From Paramecium tetraurelia (lineage: Eukaryota), in contig CT868660.1 in NCBI GenBank assembly GCA_000165425.1, positions 62,001 to 126,000 on the forward strand: 64,000 bases of DNA, read 5' to 3'. The translations under genes and the position numbers were made by a program. The notes beneath the pieces are model-generated. The model did no database searches. It worked only from the letters and a program-made list of their open reading frames with translations, and was not told the DNA's origin. Positions within the stretch are counted from its first letter, which is position 1. Each line of letters opens with the position of its first letter. This document shows, piece by piece, positions 59,697-64,000 of this stretch.

Positions 59697-60588
59697 ATGG
59701 ATGTTAGGATTTAGATGTTAATTGATGTTCTAAATATATATTACTTTTAATTACATATGATTTATTAAACGCTACGTGAGTTTCATATTATTTGGATGAT
59801 TTATAAATTACTTAGATTTATTATTATAATTATTTTTTGTTTAGATTTATGCAAGAGTTGCTGATTAAGTTATTCAATATTGTAAAAAAATAAGCAAATT
59901 AATTAGATTTGTGAAGAGGATCAGACCAAATAGAAGTTTTATAAATGCAATAATACATGCGAATAGTTAAAATTAATCACAGATATCATAATTAAAAAGC
60001 AATCAGAATTCTTAAGTTTGGAAAAGCAATTACAGAAATATGAATCTGAAGTCAGAAAAAACATTAGAGTATTTTAATATTTTTAATTTATAGGATTAGT
60101 ATCTGATGCAATAATAATAAGATGATTTGTAACAAAAAGTAGAAGAACTAGAAAAATCAAGAAATGAATTTTTAAGTAACACCAAGAATACTATTATTGT
60201 AATAATTCAATTTAATCTTAGAAATTGAAAAGAGAAAACGAAGAATTGTATTAAAAATGTAAATCCTTAACTGCTTAATTATAAAAAATTGATAATTAAG
60301 TATATTCATAAATCATCATTATTTTAGTCAATCAGCAAATATTCGACTGTAGAGAATACAATTACCAATATCACTAATACTCTTGATTAAGCTAAATTAA
60401 GACCAAAAACGAATACAACACCTTAGAAATTGAAAACAGATGTGGATACTTCTTAAAAACGATTAAGTCAATAACTAATTAAGCCCAATTACTTTCAAAA
60501 AAAACAATCCACATAGATATCTATACAAAATAAACGACAGTCCTATTAGTACATGGAAAATCAACTAAATTTAACAACTAGTATGTGA
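59697..60588 (+). CDS. Hypothetical coiled-coil protein
   Basis: LEKQLQKYESEVRKHIR|I..DDLQQKVEELEK, with several short introns; TGA at 60586-60588. Confidence 0.55.
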
Positions 60589-60606
60589 TATATTTTATAT
60601 GTATTT

Positions 60607-61134
60607 TCATTCATTTTTCTGTTATTCTTTTTTTTATTCAGCTGTAGATTAGGTTGTCGATTATCTTGTTTACATACCTGACTTTTAAGGTTGCTAAGTT
60701 TTGGGTTTCTTAGAATTCGTTTAGGTCTATTACTTTTCAGTTTCCTCTTCTTAAAACTAATTAAATTCATTTTACTCTTTTAGATCTGTTTAAGGGTTTG
60801 TAGGTGTTGTCTAAGCCAAAGTATTTACTTTTCCTTTACCCTTTCCTGATTTCTTTTTCTTTTTTTTATCATCATTATTCTCACCCTTTATTAACAAAGA
60901 CAAATTTCCTAAACTATTTAAAATGAAATCATCTCTTGAAGTAGGAAATTAATCTCCTATATCTATTTTATGCTTTAAATCATTTAGTTATTCTATAAAT
61001 TTTTCTAGATCCTCTTTATTTTTTAAATTTCCCTTACCAAAGAGATATCCAATTACAAATGAATCTATCATTAATTCTTACCCTCTTTATTCAGAAGTTT
61101 TGATAATCTACATCAAATCATATATTTAGTTCAT
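60607..61134 (-). CDS. Hypothetical K/Q-rich protein
   Basis: MNQIYDLMQIIKTSEQRGQELMIDSFVIGYLFGKG..; 3' end uncertain. Confidence 0.4.
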
Positions 61135-62195
61135 TTATTATTTATTATTTGAATATTGTATGATATTAATATAAATCAAACACTTCATTTTAATTAACTA
61201 AGCATTTTTATAATTCTATCATGGGCATTAAATCTAAATCAATTATAATAAATATTGGATTGAACTATAATAAAGTAGAACTACTAGGGATCGCTTTTAT
61301 TTGATTCTCTTATTTAAGATGTCTTTTATAAGAATGATAGAATCATGCTCTAAGAAATAAATTAAACTGAAAATATGAAAAAATACAATACCATTATTTA
61401 TAATGATTGAATATTTCATAAAAACGTGTAAACTTTTGTATATTATAAATTAATGAAATAATATTTTGTTTTTATCATTAGAGTTTGATATAAGGAGAAT
61501 TAACATAATTTCTGTAACTATCATATGCTTAACCTTATTATTTTCATCATCTTTCGAATAATGGGTATTAAAAATATATTTTATTAAACTATTAGATTAA
61601 GATAAGCTGACTTCTAAACGTTTGATAAAATAGAATTTATATTACTATTTTCATTTAGATCTAAAATATGTATCTGTTATGTCTTGAATGATTTCAATTT
61701 GCTATTTTTACTCTCGTTTGATACTTAGCGCAAACTTTATGATCTGAAGAATTGAACAATATTTGCACTAAAAATATAGAATGTAAATTTTAGCAAACAA
61801 AATCAAGGATAAAGAGATATTAAGATATATATGAATGCAAACACACTATTCGGATTTCAAACATTATTTTATCTTCGTTCTTAGTATAATGTTATATTCA
61901 TAATTAGAAAAAAATATTTATGAAAGATCCAAAATAAACCAGCTTTCTTATCCCTAAATACCAGTTAATAACTGAGAGCCAAAATAATTACAGGATAGCT
62001 AGGAATTGTAGATTTCTAAAGAGAGATATATGATTTAAGCTTCCAACATATTATTATGTCATATTTCATTGATATGTATCTTATTTAAATAAATAATATT
62101 TGAAATTATCAAAAAACACTAGATAGAGAGTTAAAGGAAAGTGAATAAAATGGACACTTATTATAAAATTGATTTAATATATAATATATGGATTG

Positions 62196-62949
62196 TCAAC
62201 ATTTGCAGTTGTCAGGATTTTAGGACTGATTTTAATTGTTTAATGAAAGGCCTTAATTAGGGTTGTCTTATCCAGGAGTTAATGATTTAATTTTGTACAT
62301 TTCTAATGATAAGACAATTAAAACCTTATAGCAATCTATCGAAACATTATCCAACATTCTAACCTGTGACAGCACTTGATTCTTCAAACAATACTTTATG
62401 CTGTTATGCAAGATTTTTAGCATCTTCTTTTTGAACCTTTCTATGCATAATCAAATATAAAAACCTTGCACTTCCATTGTTTTCAACTAAGTCTATTTTA
62501 TTACCGACTAACATTATAACCACATCTGGCTCAGCTTAATATCGCAAATCTTCCATCCACTTAACAACACTTTCAAATGTCTTCTCCTTTGTTACATCAT
62601 AAACAACCAAAGCTCCTCCTGCTTTTCGAAAATGACTGAATAAATTTTATTCTAATACGTGCTTGTGATTCCTCTGTACCTTTCCTAGCCAGCGGTATCC
62701 CAAATTTATGCCTTAACCTTTTTGCCATTTTATAAAGTGACTGTCTTTCCAGCAAACTCAATCCCAATGGTGGGTACAGCATTTTTTGGTAGGCAACCTT
62801 TCACATATCTGTTGTTGTATAAATTAATTACCTGGTCATTAAATGTGTTTTACCTACTCCTGCATCGCCTACTAACACAACTGATCTAATTTTCAGACTT
62901 GATTACCTTTAAAGAAGTCAGAGTAATCTTCATTATTTGGATTGTCCAT
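62196..62949 (-). CDS. Rab-family small GTPase (Rab11-like, divergent)
   Basis: VLVGDAGVGKT, PTIGIEF, KAQIWDTAGQERYRGITST|HFRKAGGALVVYDVT, LVGNKID, ESSA, C-terminal CKC* prenylation site. Five short introns. Confidence 0.95.
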
Positions 62950-63642
62950 ATTGCAAATTCAAAATATAATTAATATATAAATACCTAATATTTTATTAAT
63001 CAAGATAGTTAATATAATTCCCTAACTTGATTATTAGCAGTCCCAACTCAAAAACATTAAAATCATAAATAGAGCTAATTCAAAATATCAATTTTTAATA
63101 TAGAAGTTACTTATTGAATAATAAATTGGATTCAATCGTAAAATAATGAATTTATTTTGTGAAGATCAATGTTACCTATTATTTAATTAATTAAAATATG
63201 GAAACATGAACTTTAATTTTTCATTATTCTTAATAATAGTAGTAGTGCAAAAACAATTTTTGGATCAATGACTAAATGACCTTACTAAAAAATAATATTA
63301 GGAGAAAATTATAAAAGGTTGAAAGTAATAGAAAATTTATAATAATTCAAAAATTACAGAATATTTCGACTAAATAATGTCACAACATATGGAGATTATG
63401 CAAAAGAGAAAATGCTGTTAAATTAATTAAGATATCATGTTGGTGATTCTTTTTAGGATTTAATTTATTATTTGAATATTGCTATTTTTCATTTGTTTTT
63501 TAGTAATTGTTTACAAAATAATTAAACCAAAAACTGATTTATATTTTTGATTTAATTTATTTGAGGATCTTCTTCAAGATTAATAAAATTCATTATAAGG
63601 GAGTTGTAATAGATATAATATAAATTATATTTTGTAATTAAG

Positions 63643-64000
63643 ATGGGGCAGATATGTAAATTACCTTCAACTCCTGAACTAAAGATGAATAGTGATTCTA
63701 ATCAAATAAAAGAAATGACTCACGAAGAAGAAGTTCAATATGAAGAACAAGAAAATAAAATAAGCGAATAAAATTAATCTTTCTTTCCTGCCAATCAATT
63801 ATCAGTCCAGTTGTCATGTACTCCAGAATTTAGTTTACCTCCTCAATAAATTAAATTATTTTCACAACAAGATAGCGAATACACTCCTGAATTTTTAGCA
63901 ATAAGTTAACCTTTTTAATAATAAATGAATATATATTAATAATAATTTTGAACCATCTGTCTAGATCTTCAGAGGCATTGCAAAATTAAATTTATCAACT
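63643..64000 (+). CDS. Hypothetical protein, 5' part, with putative N-acylation motif (MGQIC)
   Basis: Open code-6 frame from ATG 63643 to the window end; Gly2 and Cys5. Confidence 0.5.

Noticed and set aside
61140..62190. Possible gene between the K/Q-rich ORF and the Rab
   Set aside because: No sustained frame or motif found by eye.

Overview
AT-rich, gene-dense ciliate macronuclear DNA, very probably Paramecium. Conserved proteins read through only if TAA/TAG are Gln (translation table 6; TGA is the only stop), and genes are split by tiny GT..AG introns of about 21-30 nt. The supplied ORF track treats TAA/TAG as stops, so it shows only fragments. Hand re-translation gives about 30 genes. 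Recognisable ones are CFAP251 (3' end), a giant guanylate-binding protein, ATAD3, ELP3, an LPCAT-type acyltransferase, ELP4, a CHMP7-like protein, an LC8-like dynein light chain, a PP2A-family phosphatase, a VHS-like/alpha-adaptin-appendage protein, CK2 alpha, p24, PheRS alpha, the ciliate DNA 6mA methyltransferase MTA1/AMT1, an SLC35F-type transporter, YbaK-fused ProRS, CAF1, a Kv channel, DDX21, a motif-degenerate ABCA, a TTL-family ligase, NFU1 and a Rab. There are also decaying pseudogenes (ABCA, RRP40, probably an MFS porter) and one degenerate tandem-repeat region. I saw no rRNA, tRNA, telomere, transposon or CRISPR. I found no clearly new multi-gene system. The best leads are an intact-looking ABCA with both signature and switch-His motifs lost and no ectodomains, the VHS-like/alpha-ear adaptor, a head-to-head gene pair with 7 bp between start codons, and the ELP3-ELP4 proximity. 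Coordinates are from manual translation and may be off by a few bases.
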